Positions 6,856 to 15,902 of a DNA stretch of 15,902 nt are shown in pieces; the first letter of the stretch is position 1; each line of letters starts with the position of its first letter. Position numbers and translations under genes: made by a program. The DNA comes from Candidatus Bathyarchaeia archaeon (GTDB lineage Archaea > Thermoproteota > Bathyarchaeia > Bathyarchaeales > Bathycorpusculaceae). The notes beneath the pieces are model-generated. The model was not told the DNA's origin, searched no databases, and saw only the letters and a list, made by a program, of their open reading frames with translations. Location of the stretch: assembly GCA_050012255.1 (NCBI GenBank), contig JBEKHN010000029.1, positions 1 through 15,902 on the forward strand, written 5' to 3'.

Positions 6856-6924
6856 CTTTAACGTGGGAAAAGCGTTTAAGCTACGTTGAAGTCTAGGCTT
6901 TAAGGTTTACTGGAGTCGAAGGAC

Positions 6925-7416
6925 TTGCAGGGCACGTACAAACTGCGGAAATTCGGTGTGAACGACTTGGCAAGCGTCACGCACATCAATGAGCTGTGTC
7001 TTCCAGAAAACTACACCGACATCTTCTTCGTAGACTTGTACCGCAGGTTCCCTGAAACCTTTATCGTCGCAGAAGAAGATGACAAAGTCATTGGATACAT
7101 CATGTGCAGGGTTGAGGTTGGCTTTTCAAACTTCGGCCTCAGCGGCTTCGTCAAGAAGGCACACATCGTTTCCGTTGCCGTTGTGCCTGAACACAGGCGC
7201 AAGGGCATAGGAGAGGCTCTGGTAGCCCAAGCCATGGAGGGCATGCGAGCCTACAGCGCGAAGCAGTGCTATTTGGAAGTGAGAGTGACCAATGAAGAGG
7301 CAGTTGCTCTGTACAAGAAGCTGGGTTTCGAAGTCACCCGCACGGTTCACGGGTACTACGCAGACGGGGAAGACGCCTTCGTGATGAGCCGTGACATACA
7401 GTCGAAAAACAAGTGA
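6925..7416 (+). CDS. rimI: Ard1/RimI-type N-alpha-acetyltransferase (GNAT)
   Basis: CLPENY, HIVSVAV.PEHRRKGIG, YLEVRVTN and YYADGEDA. TTG start; TATA-like TTTAAG near 6875. Confidence 0.93.
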   Translation: MQGTYKLRKFGVNDLASVTHINELCLPENYTDIFFVDLYRRFPETFIVAEEDDKVIGYIMCRVEVGFSNFGLSGFVKKAHIVSVAVVPEHRRKGIGEALVAQAMEGMRAYSAKQCYLEVRVTNEEAVALYKKLGFEVTRTVHGYYADGEDAFVMSRDIQSKNK

Positions 7417-7422
7417 GCATGC

Positions 7423-7872
7423 CTAGACGAGCACGGGCTCCGCTCTTTCACTCACAAAGTTAATTGCCTGCAGAACAGACTTTGCCAGTCCTAGCAGCCC
7501 CAGCAGCATCGAAATGACGAGAAACAGTCGAAGGTCAACGATCAGATTCACGTTTCCAACGGCGTACTCGAAGATTCCCGAGTTCAGGAAGAAGACCAGA
7601 TAAATCATGACAAACAGGGCTTTTGCCGCGTTGAAAACATGCTGAAAAAGCGTGCCTGAAGCCAAATCGCTGATGATCATCAGCACGACGTAGACTATGA
7701 TGAAGGTTTGGAACATCTGCTGCAAGCCGGGGACCATCGATGAAACCGGCGCTAAAAACTGAATCAGAACGGTATAAACCACGATTACTATCGTAGCCTT
7801 GACTGCGGCTTTAACGACTTTGAGCACGTTTTTCCAAATTCTTCCTTTGGCCCGGTTTTCTTCAGTCACCAT
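7423..7872 (-). CDS. Hypothetical integral membrane protein (~4 TM, 149 aa)
   Basis: ATG 7872 with GGAG upstream, overlapping the stop of the previous gene. Four hydrophobic segments. Confidence 0.8.
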   Translation of the reverse strand: MVTEENRAKGRIWKNVLKVVKAAVKATIVIVVYTVLIQFLAPVSSMVPGLQQMFQTFIIVYVVLMIISDLASGTLFQHVFNAAKALFVMIYLVFFLNSGIFEYAVGNVNLIVDLRLFLVISMLLGLLGLAKSVLQAINFVSERAEPVLV

Positions 7873-8680
7873 GAGCGGCGATCTCCTGTCCATAATTGAA
7901 AAAAGTCGTAACGAAAAAGACTTCAAAACGTACGACGGGCCCTGCTGCTGACGGGACATAGACTTCAAGGTTTCCAGCGAACGGTGAATCTTGAGCCACT
8001 TGGATGCTAGTTTGACCTTGGCCAATCAGCTCACTAACATTGCTGTACGCGCGCAGCCACACTGCACCCGTCAGGTCAAAGAATGCGTGGTTCTCAAAGC
8101 TCAGTGGAACGGTGGCCATGGAATAAGTGGCGTTGAACATGGCGAGCTGAGGCGTTCCCAGCGCCAAATTGTAAAGCGGAGCTCCCCACTGCATAGAAGA
8201 GTTCGATGAGACCTGCACCGGGATCACTCCCGCGGCCAGCATGCTTAGCCTCGTGTTTGTTGTGAGGTCAGTGTCGTTGTTCAAGAGGCTTTGATGAGTT
8301 TGCAGCAGGTCAGTGACGTTCAGCCTCACGTCTTGAGTGACGTTTATCGTCTGGCCTTGACCTATTACAGGTATGAATATTGATCCTCCTGCGACCGCTG
8401 AGCCATTTTCATCTAGGAAGCTTCTGGAGATGTTGAAATCAGCTATCTCGTAGAGACCGGTGTTGACGACAGACACTGGAAAAGAAAACAGCAATTCATG
8501 GTCTTCTGTCATGCTGGTCTGCGGCTGTCCGAGGCTAACCTGAAAGTCTTTCATAGAATAGATTGCGGATGCAGAGAAGATGATGAGAAAAATCCAGAAG
8601 GCAGAGGTAGCTATGCCTATGATTCGGATAGGTACTCTCATGATTGGCTGTTCTCCGGTGTTAGGCAATCCGTCAGACAA
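7862..8680 (-). CDS. Membrane-anchored extracellular beta-rich protein (tandem LEA_2/Ig-like domains possible)
   Basis: N-terminal TM segment, beta-strand periodicity with V.NTG and FENH motifs, and several N-x-S/T sequons. Start is TTG 8680 or ATG 8641. Confidence 0.8.
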   Translation of the reverse strand: MSDGLPNTGEQPIMRVPIRIIGIATSAFWIFLIIFSASAIYSMKDFQVSLGQPQTSMTEDHELLFSFPVSVVNTGLYEIADFNISRSFLDENGSAVAGGSIFIPVIGQGQTINVTQDVRLNVTDLLQTHQSLLNNDTDLTTNTRLSMLAAGVIPVQVSSNSSMQWGAPLYNLALGTPQLAMFNATYSMATVPLSFENHAFFDLTGAVWLRAYSNVSELIGQGQTSIQVAQDSPFAGNLEVYVPSAAGPVVRFEVFFVTTFFNYGQEIAAHGD

Positions 8681-8699
8681 AGGATGCTGTTGGAGAAAC

Positions 8700-9218
8700 T
8701 CACTTCTTCTCTTTCTGATTCTGCTGTGACTCTTGCTTTGGTTCTTGTGGCTTCTGCTGTGTCTGCGGCACTTTTTCTGGTGTTAGGACCATGATCTCTG
8801 CTTCGTACGGCTTGGTTTCGGCTTTAGGTTCTGGCTTCGTTTCCTGCTGCTTGGTTTCAGCCTGCGATTTTTCTGTCTTGGGTTTCGTAGCAGGCTGTGG
8901 CGTTTCTTTAACTATTGTCAGTTCTTCCGTGAGAACTGCTGGTGTTTGACGCGCTTGTGAAATTATTGTAACTCCTCTTATGGTGAGAAGTGAGCCTATC
9001 CAGCCCATCACGCCTAGGTACATTATGCTTATGCACGTTGAGATCAGTGGAGCAAGAGTTGCGCCGAATGTGCTTGCGAGGTCGCTGGAAGTCCGTATTG
9101 ACAAGCCTTGAGTTAGAAAGCCGTAAGCGCTGAAGAAAGTGAACATCAGTAGGGCTACCCCTATCATGAGCACGGTCATCGCGGACAGGGCCATTTTATC
9201 CCTGAAAGTCTTGAACAT
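8700..9218 (-). CDS. Hypothetical 2-TM membrane protein with a Q/E/K/P-rich low-complexity tail
   Basis: Two hydrophobic helices, then ETKQQETKPEPKAETKP...QKPQEPKQESQQNQK. TATA-like TTTAATAT at 9259..9252. Confidence 0.82.
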   Translation of the reverse strand: MFKTFRDKMALSAMTVLMIGVALLMFTFFSAYGFLTQGLSIRTSSDLASTFGATLAPLISTCISIMYLGVMGWIGSLLTIRGVTIISQARQTPAVLTEELTIVKETPQPATKPKTEKSQAETKQQETKPEPKAETKPYEAEIMVLTPEKVPQTQQKPQEPKQESQQNQKEKK

Positions 9219-9310
9219 TTCTTGTTTCCCGATTTTAGTCGGGCCTGTGTAATATTAAATCTTCTGATACACTAAACATAATCTTGAATCCATATCAAAG
9301 AAACTGAACA

Positions 9311-9335
9311 GCGTTATAAAAAATAGTAGAAAAAT
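9311..9335 (-). terminator. Oligo-T archaeal terminator after the fumarate hydratase beta gene
   Basis: The minus strand reads ATTTTTCTACTATTTTTTATAAC just after the stop at 9347. Confidence 0.5.
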
Positions 9336-9346
9336 GGTGGCTGAAA

Positions 9347-9952
9347 CTACGGCGTTATGCCAAGTTTCTGATAGATTCTCTGCTTGCTCTCCTCCACACT
9401 CTTCTGCACGTCTGCGAACAGGTTGTTTCCGTGTGAGTCGATGGCGACTGCCAGCGGCCCGAATTCTTCAGCTTCGAAGATCCACATGGCTTCGGGCATT
9501 CCCAAGTCGAACCATTCCACGCTTTTGATGCTCTTTATTGCCTTAGCGGCTAGCACTGCGGCTCCACCCGTAAACGCACCGTAGACAGCACCGTACTTTG
9601 CCATCGCGTCTGTTGTCCTCTTTCCCATACCGCCCTTGCCGATGACCACTCTGACTTTGAAGTCTTTGATGAACTCGTCTTCGAAGATGTCCATCCGCGT
9701 GCTCGTCGTCGGGCCCGCGGCTACTGCTACCCACTTGTCCCCTTCTTTAGCTACAACGGGTCCGCAGTGAAACACAGCCAAGCCTTCAAGGCTGACTGGC
9801 AGGGGTTTGCCTTCCTTGAAGTATTCCAGAGCTCTTCTGTGAGCCTGATCTCTGGCGGTCACTATGGTTCCAGTCACGTAGAGCACATCGTTGACTTTGA
9901 GTTTGCGAATTTGCTCCTCCGAGATCGGAGTCTTAAGCTTGTAAACTGTCAT
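9347..9952 (-). CDS. Class I fumarate hydratase / L-tartrate dehydratase, beta subunit
   Basis: TARDQAH, HCGP, AGPTTSTRM, IGKGG, LGMPEA and IDSHGN motifs. Confidence 0.96.
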   Translation of the reverse strand: MTVYKLKTPISEEQIRKLKVNDVLYVTGTIVTARDQAHRRALEYFKEGKPLPVSLEGLAVFHCGPVVAKEGDKWVAVAAGPTTSTRMDIFEDEFIKDFKVRVVIGKGGMGKRTTDAMAKYGAVYGAFTGGAAVLAAKAIKSIKSVEWFDLGMPEAMWIFEAEEFGPLAVAIDSHGNNLFADVQKSVEESKQRIYQKLGITP

Positions 9953-9961
9953 CTTTTCACC

Positions 9962-10846
9962 TCACCACTCCAGTTTGTGCGTTAAATACTCGACGTTTCC
10001 GTCTGCGCTTATCCTTGCCGTCGCGCGTCTTGAGGCCCAGCAGTTGAAAGCGACGGCAACTGGGAAAGACGCTGGGTGTCTGAAAGCGTAGTCGACGTGC
10101 ACGCCGAGGACTGTTGTTTTTCCGCCGAGGCCCATCGGGCCTATCCCAGTCATGTTTGCGGCCTCAAAGATCTCTTTCTCAAGCTTGGCGATTTCTGGCT
10201 CCGGGTTGTGTTCAGTGAGAGGTCTGAGCAGGGCTTTCTTGGCCAGTTTCATCGACGTGTCGGCTCCGCCGCCCATCGCAACTCCCAGTATGTTCGGGGG
10301 ACAGGGCTGAGCTCCAGCCTTTATCACGGCGTCCACCACAAACTTCTTCAAACCCTTGATTCCTTCGCCGGGAACGATCATTCCGCCGATGCAGACGTTT
10401 TCGGACCCTCCTCCCTTGGTCATCACCGTCATTTCCACACTGTCTCCTGGAACGATTTCCCAGTTTAGAACAGGTATGTATCTTCCGGTGTTGTCTCCGC
10501 TGTTCTTTCCTGTGAACGGGTCAACCGCGTTCGGTCTCAGCGGAACTTCCTTCGTGGCCCTCTTCGTAGCGTTTATCAGCGCGGTCTCGACTCTGTCAAG
10601 GTTCTTTGCTTTGGCGCCCGCCTTGATGTAGAAGATAATTGTGCCCGTGTCTTGGCACACTGGAGCCTGGTATTTTTCTGCCAGTTCAATGTTGTCTAAG
10701 ATGGCTTTCAGCTGCGTTTTGCCCGTGGCGCTTGTCTCTTCAGCGTACGCTTTTTCCAAAGCCTGCTTTACGTCGTCTGGCAGGTAGATGACCGCTTGTT
10801 TCAGAATGTTGAAGGCAACGTTTTCCGGGGCTTTTTCTGTTTCCAA
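9962..10846 (-). CDS. Class I fumarate hydratase / L-tartrate dehydratase, alpha (Fe-S) subunit
   Basis: CQDTG, KGGGSEN, AQPCPP, GIGPMGLGG, HPAS and NCWASR motifs. TTG start. Confidence 0.96.
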   Translation of the reverse strand: METEKAPENVAFNILKQAVIYLPDDVKQALEKAYAEETSATGKTQLKAILDNIELAEKYQAPVCQDTGTIIFYIKAGAKAKNLDRVETALINATKRATKEVPLRPNAVDPFTGKNSGDNTGRYIPVLNWEIVPGDSVEMTVMTKGGGSENVCIGGMIVPGEGIKGLKKFVVDAVIKAGAQPCPPNILGVAMGGGADTSMKLAKKALLRPLTEHNPEPEIAKLEKEIFEAANMTGIGPMGLGGKTTVLGVHVDYAFRHPASFPVAVAFNCWASRRATARISADGNVEYLTHKLEW

Positions 10847-11047
10847 GGTTTCTTCCCCTTTTTGGCTTGTTTTATGGAAGAGGCGCGTACTTATACCTTG
10901 TCTTGCTCGTCGCAGATACTGAAGAGGACTGTTTCGGGTTGTTCACTTTAACCTATCTCTCCGTGGAAGGTGGGCTGTTAAGCTTCGCGTGTTTTAAATA
11001 CGGCGTGTCTATCTGTTCTATCAACTGTGGAAGGAGAGAAGGGTTTT

Positions 11048-12064
11048 ATGGCCTCGGAAGAAACACCGGAAAGCTCTGAGGACACCACTAAGAAGAAGTA
11101 TGAGTTTTTAGAGGACTTGCCAGGAGTCGGTCCTGCTACTGCCCAGAAGCTGCGAGAGATGGGTTTTCACACGATCGAGTCTCTGGCCATGGCGACCGGC
11201 CGGGAGCTGGAGCCCGCCGGCATAAGCGAGAAGAAAGCCTTCTCGATAATCGAGATTGCACGTGCAAATATCGGCGTCTCTTTCATTCGAGCAGACGAGC
11301 TCCTGAGGATGCGCAAGGACGTTTTGCGTCTGACGAGTGGAAGCAAGGTTGTGGACAGGCTGCTTAATGGCGGAATGGAGACGCAGACCATAACGGAGTT
11401 TTACGGCGAGTACGGAACTGGAAAAAGTCAGATCTGCCACCAGCTGTGCGTGAACGTTCAGCTGCCTCCCGAGAGAGGCGGTCTCAGCGGTTCAGCGTTG
11501 TACGTTGACACTGAGAACACCTTCCGCACCGAACGCATCGTTTCGATGTCTAAGCATTTGGGGCTTGACCCTGAACAGGTCGTGAAGAACATAATCTACG
11601 CGGAAGCTTACACTTCTGACCATCAGATGTTCCTGCTTGACAATGCTGATGAGGTCATCAAGGCAAACAACGTGAAACTGATAATCGTAGACTCTTTGAC
11701 AGCGCACTTTAGAAGCGAGTACATTGGACGCGAGATGCTGGCGCCTAGGCAACAGAGACTGAACAAGCACATGCACAAGCTCATCGGTTTGGCGAGAGCC
11801 TTCAACGCTGCGGCAGTCGTGACCAATCAGGTTATGGCGAAGCCCGACGTTTTCTTCGGAGATGCGGTTCACCCCATCGGCGGTCACATCGTCGGACACA
11901 CGAGTCACACGCGTGTTTACCTGAGAAGGGCTGCGCATGGGCCCATACGCATAGCGCGGCTGGTCTCAAGCCCGTACCTGCCTGAAGGGGAGGAAATATT
12001 TAAAGTAACAGAGAACGGCATAGAGGATGCTTCCGAAGAAGAGAAGAAGCCTCGTGGTCACTGA
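11048..12064 (+). CDS. radA: DNA repair and recombination protein RadA
   Basis: N-terminal HhH (LPGVG), Walker A GEYGTGKS, Walker B LIIVDS, RQQ.L, TNQV and PIGGH. TATA TTTTAAATA at 10992-11000; ATG at 11048. Confidence 0.98.
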   Translation: MASEETPESSEDTTKKKYEFLEDLPGVGPATAQKLREMGFHTIESLAMATGRELEPAGISEKKAFSIIEIARANIGVSFIRADELLRMRKDVLRLTSGSKVVDRLLNGGMETQTITEFYGEYGTGKSQICHQLCVNVQLPPERGGLSGSALYVDTENTFRTERIVSMSKHLGLDPEQVVKNIIYAEAYTSDHQMFLLDNADEVIKANNVKLIIVDSLTAHFRSEYIGREMLAPRQQRLNKHMHKLIGLARAFNAAAVVTNQVMAKPDVFFGDAVHPIGGHIVGHTSHTRVYLRRAAHGPIRIARLVSSPYLPEGEEIFKVTENGIEDASEEEKKPRGH

Positions 12065-12066
12065 AG

Positions 12067-12528
12067 ATGCCTATTCCGTCAGCTCTCGTAACAAGATTCT
12101 TTCAGTTGCTAGTCAACAGGCAGTTCACAGAAGCAGAGCGGGAGCTGGAGAGGCTGAAGCAGAAGATGCAGAAGACAGAGTGGAACAGAGGATACTTCAG
12201 GGCCCTGTACGGCATGTTTCTGTCCCGCAAGGCAAACGGTGACTCGTACGCGCTCTTCTCAACCATGGATTTGAACGATAAGCCAGCCCTGAACGGTTAC
12301 AGACGAGAATTTCTCGAACATGTGAGGAACAGGTGGCACGGGGACTTTGACCGAGGTTTCTTTTCAGCGTGGGCAGACTGTATGCGCGTGCTCAGCAGAA
12401 TAACCGTCCCCAACAACGTGGCCAGTCCAAGCCCCAAAGGTTCAGCGACTCAAGAAGAGAATTCTGAGACTGCGAACCCTGACGACCAAGCATCGATGGA
12501 AGACTTCCTCAAAGAGGAAACAGACTAG
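12067..12528 (+). CDS. Hypothetical alpha-helical protein, apparently co-transcribed with radA
   Basis: Starts 2 nt after the radA stop. Internal repeat RGYFRAL / RGFFSAW and a disordered acidic tail. Confidence 0.85.
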   Translation: MPIPSALVTRFFQLLVNRQFTEAERELERLKQKMQKTEWNRGYFRALYGMFLSRKANGDSYALFSTMDLNDKPALNGYRREFLEHVRNRWHGDFDRGFFSAWADCMRVLSRITVPNNVASPSPKGSATQEENSETANPDDQASMEDFLKEETD

Positions 12529-12827
12529 GCCCCAGCAAGCATCGTGTACAGCAGAGCGAAGAAAGCTATCCAGGAGAGAAAGTAGATTCCTATTCCCGTT
12601 GTCAACAGCTTCTGAGTTTTCTGCACTTTAAGCCGAAATCTGGCCTTTATAACGTAGTACGAGAGCACGTACACTATTATGGCAAGAGACACGCTGTTCA
12701 GCAAGAGGTTATATTGAAACGTTGTGCTGGAAATCGCGTTTGCCGCTATACCATAACCTATGCAGACCAAAGCGGCCATGATGCCGAACCCGAATCTGAG
12801 CCAGTACACGGTTTCCAGAGGTTTCAA
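12525..12827 (-). CDS. Small 3-TM membrane protein, EMC6/Rab5ip-like
   Basis: Three TMs, YWLR at the N-terminus and C-terminal GIGIYFLSWIAFFALLYT. TTG start; the stop shares CTAG with the convergent gene. Confidence 0.75.
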   Translation of the reverse strand: MKPLETVYWLRFGFGIMAALVCIGYGIAANAISSTTFQYNLLLNSVSLAIIVYVLSYYVIKARFRLKVQKTQKLLTTGIGIYFLSWIAFFALLYTMLAGA

Positions 12828-12948
12828 GGCTTTGCAACCTTTCCAACTTATATTTTGAAACGAGATTTAAAGTTGCCTATTATCTACTATTTCGATAGAA
12901 ATTGAATTCTAGAACAATGCCTTCTCACACGGAACGAGGCATGCGAGC

Positions 12949-13065
12949 CTACTCGTATCGAAGCAGGTACAGTGGCTTGCTTACTTCTATTTTCTTCTGC
13001 CTTTTGGAGATTTTCTTCAACAGACAACCGCGCTCAACGGGTTGAATTGCATTTTGTGTGTTCAA
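12949..13065 (-). CDS. Small basic protein MNTQNAIQPVERGCLLKKISKRQKKIEVSKPLYLLRYE (38 aa)
   Basis: TTG at 13065 preceded by GGGTGGGT (SD-like), with TTCATAAA around 13116..13109. It fills the gap between the EMC6-like gene and rqc2. Confidence 0.55.
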   Translation of the reverse strand: MNTQNAIQPVERGCLLKKISKRQKKIEVSKPLYLLRYE

Positions 13066-13249
13066 TCTTCGTTACCCACCCTTCTCAACGACGAGGATAC
13101 ATTTTTGGTTTATGAATCACTAATCCATATTTCAAATGCTCAGGTCTTCAACATGCCAGAAGAAGAAAGACCGCCGCTCGGATGCTAGCAGATGACAGGA
13201 GAACGCGTATTTATAGTGTCTGAATCATTAGTGTGTGATGTGACTCGGG

Positions 13250-15310
13250 TTGTCCAGCAAGGAGTTCACAAGCTTCGACGTTGCCGCCGTGGTGCGAGAG
13301 TTGAAAACCGAAGTGCTATGTTCGATCGTGAGCAACATTTACCAGCTGGACGCCAAGACCATAGCTCTCAAACTGCACAAGGCTGACAAACCACCGCTTT
13401 GGCTGATCCTGGAGGCTGGAAGACGTATGAACCTGACGGTCTATGCGTCAGAGAAGCCTTCCACGCCTCCTGCGTTCTGCATGGCTTTGAGGAAGTACTT
13501 GCGGAACGCTCGATTGAGCTCCATTGAGCAGTACGAGTTTGAGAGGGTAGTTGTGTTGTCCTTCAACGCTCAAGATATTGATTTCCGACTGATCCTGGAG
13601 CTCTTCGGCGACGGAAACATTATCCTTGTGGGCGAAAATGCTGAGATCCTCCAAGCTCTAGTTTACAGGCGGATGCGAGACAGGAACGTTGTTCGCGGTG
13701 AGCCTTTCAGGTTTGCACCTTCAAGCGGGAAGAACCCGTTCAAAGTGGGCTACGAGGAATTCAATTTAACCCTAAAGTCTTTCGGCGATGTCGAAGTCGT
13801 TAGGGCGCTCGCTCGTTTTCTAAGCATAGGCGGCATTTATGCAGAGGAGGTTCTAGCTCGGGCTGGTGTTCATAAAGCCAAGGTCTGCAACCTGTTGAGC
13901 GATGATGAGGTCAAGAGCATCTTTGAAAGCCTTCAGGAGCTGTTGTCGCAGGTTACGAATGGAGCCCTGGAACCTCGTGTCGTCTTCGACAAGACCGACG
14001 TTCTTGTTGATGCTACGCCACTAAGGCTGAAACGTTATGAGAGTGAAACTTTTAGAATCCATTCCCATGGTACATTCAACGACGCACTGGATGAGTTCTA
14101 CGCCAAGCTTTCAGCGCTTGAAAGTGCTGCCCAAGGGGCGAAGGTTGAGGAGTTCAGAGCTGAAGCGGCAAGACTTGAGCGCATCGTCGCTGAACAGCAG
14201 AAAGTAGTGGCCAGCGCTCGTGCTGAAGCGGAGCGGTACAGGCGTATCGGTGACGTGATTTATGCGCACTTCAGTGAGTTGCAAGCCATAATGGAAAAAT
14301 TCTTTGGAGACAAGAAGGGCGGCAAGGAATGGAAGAACATAGTTTCTGAGGCTTTAAGCGAGAAGCAGAAGGGTGTCCAACCTTGGGTGTTTTTTGAGTC
14401 TTTTAACAACGAGGAATTCTCAGTCAAATTCTGCGTGGACGCCTTGTCCTTCAACCTAGACTTGCACAAGACACTCTTTGAAAGCGCGTCAGAGTTTTAT
14501 CGACGCAGCAAACGTGCCAAGCAGAAAATGGAAGGCGCGCAGGCGGCCTTAAACGATTCTTTGAGCAGACTTGAGGAAGCTAAAGCAAAGGTGGACGAGG
14601 CGCACGCGTTGGAGTTTGTCAAGCCAGCCGAAGCCTTGGGAGAGCTTGAGAAACTCAGGGTTAAGCGTAAGGAATGGTTTGAAAAGTTCAGGTGGTTCGT
14701 GTCATCCGACGGGTTTCTGGTTGTTGCCGGCAAGGACGCCGTGACCAACGAGGTCTTGATCAAGAAGTACACGGACACTGAAGACATCGTTTTCCACGCC
14801 GATATTGTCGGTGCGCCGTTCGTCGTGGTCAAGAGGGAAGAGCGAGAACCAGGAGAAGAATGCTTGCGCGAAGCAGGAGAGTTCGCCGCTGCTTTTTCGA
14901 GAGGGTGGCGGGAGGGCTTTGCGAGCGTGGACGTTTACTGGGTTAAGCCGGAGCAGCTGAGCAAGGGAGGGCCTTCTGGCGAATCCGTAGGCCGCGGTGC
15001 GTTCGTTGTTCGGGGCGAGAGAAATTGGATGCGCGGCGTTCCGCTCAGGGTAGCGGTCGGCGTTGCTCTTGACGAGGGAACAGGCGTGGCCAGAATCGGC
15101 GGGGGACCTGTTGAAGCGGTCAAGGCGAAGACAAATGTATACGTGGTAATCGTGCCGGGAGACTTGAGCGGCAAGGAACTTTTCAAGCGTGTTCTCAGGA
15201 GTTTGGCTGAAAAAGTGTCTAAGGAACTGCGTGAAGCCATCTTGACCCTGTCAGTTGAGTCGGTTAGAGAGTTTATTCCATTCGGAAAGGGCACGGTTCT
15301 GAAAGACTGA
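13250..15310 (+). CDS. rqcH: Ribosome quality-control factor Rqc2/RqcH (NEMF/NFACT family)
   Basis: NFACT-N (FCMALRKYL, ERVV, ELFGDGNIIL), HhH (GG.YAEE), coiled coil and NFACT-R (WFEKFRWF, GKDA, FHAD..GAP). TATA TTTATA at 13210; TTG start. Confidence 0.96.
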   Translation: MSSKEFTSFDVAAVVRELKTEVLCSIVSNIYQLDAKTIALKLHKADKPPLWLILEAGRRMNLTVYASEKPSTPPAFCMALRKYLRNARLSSIEQYEFERVVVLSFNAQDIDFRLILELFGDGNIILVGENAEILQALVYRRMRDRNVVRGEPFRFAPSSGKNPFKVGYEEFNLTLKSFGDVEVVRALARFLSIGGIYAEEVLARAGVHKAKVCNLLSDDEVKSIFESLQELLSQVTNGALEPRVVFDKTDVLVDATPLRLKRYESETFRIHSHGTFNDALDEFYAKLSALESAAQGAKVEEFRAEAARLERIVAEQQKVVASARAEAERYRRIGDVIYAHFSELQAIMEKFFGDKKGGKEWKNIVSEALSEKQKGVQPWVFFESFNNEEFSVKFCVDALSFNLDLHKTLFESASEFYRRSKRAKQKMEGAQAALNDSLSRLEEAKAKVDEAHALEFVKPAEALGELEKLRVKRKEWFEKFRWFVSSDGFLVVAGKDAVTNEVLIKKYTDTEDIVFHADIVGAPFVVVKREEREPGEECLREAGEFAAAFSRGWREGFASVDVYWVKPEQLSKGGPSGESVGRGAFVVRGERNWMRGVPLRVAVGVALDEGTGVARIGGGPVEAVKAKTNVYVVIVPGDLSGKELFKRVLRSLAEKVSKELREAILTLSVESVREFIPFGKGTVLKD

Positions 15311-15427
15311 ATTGAAGTTCAGAACTCTGCATGTTCTTTGGTGAATGAGAATGTTTTGAGGTGGCTTTGGCGTCTCAGTGGCTCACCCTTTTTTCTCCTC
15401 CAGTCGATTTTGCAAGGCTCTTTACTT

Positions 15428-15902
<475 letters not shown>

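Noticed and set aside
5890-7416. S66 + GNAT as a microcin C immunity pair (MccF/MccE)
   Set aside because: The GNAT has Ard1 housekeeping motifs (LPENY, YY.DGEDA) and its own TATA-like box.
7873-8025. ORF-track N-terminal extension of the 4-TM protein
   Set aside because: It lies within the upstream gene, and ATG 7872 has an SD and typical operon overlap.
11048-12064. Intein in RadA
   Set aside because: Normal length with continuous Walker A/B regions.
1429-15294. Numerous 60-150 aa antisense or alternate-frame ORFs (e.g. 1655-1894, 2329-2586, 2630-3037, 10076-10468, 11492-11938, 14935-15294)
   Set aside because: They are shadows of well-supported genes with no motifs of their own.

Overview
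Archaeal chromosomal window, most likely TACK and probably Bathyarchaeia (inferred from the 16S 3' end, tbp, radA, Ard1-type acetyltransferase, Rqc2/NEMF and frequent TTG starts). From about 2.5 kb onward it is mostly housekeeping or metabolic: tbp, pyrE, an MBL-fold hydrolase, a LarA-family racemase, an S66 peptidase, Ard1/RimI, a three-gene membrane operon, two-subunit class I fumarate hydratase, radA plus an unknown partner, an EMC6-like membrane protein, rqc2, and the 3' part of a 16S rRNA gene that has no 23S downstream. The first ~2.4 kb looks more AT-rich by eye and holds a cluster of small uncharacterised genes. These are an RNase H-like protein that seems to need a CTG start, an AT-hook + Zn-ribbon protein behind a long G.U-rich leader hairpin, a 28-aa very basic peptide, a RING-like Cys-rich mini-protein and a decayed ribbon-helix-helix gene. 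Three of its promoters carry a GCGCGCGC box just upstream of the TATA element. This cluster is the best candidate for an undescribed system. All calls come from reading the sequence by eye; no searches were run.
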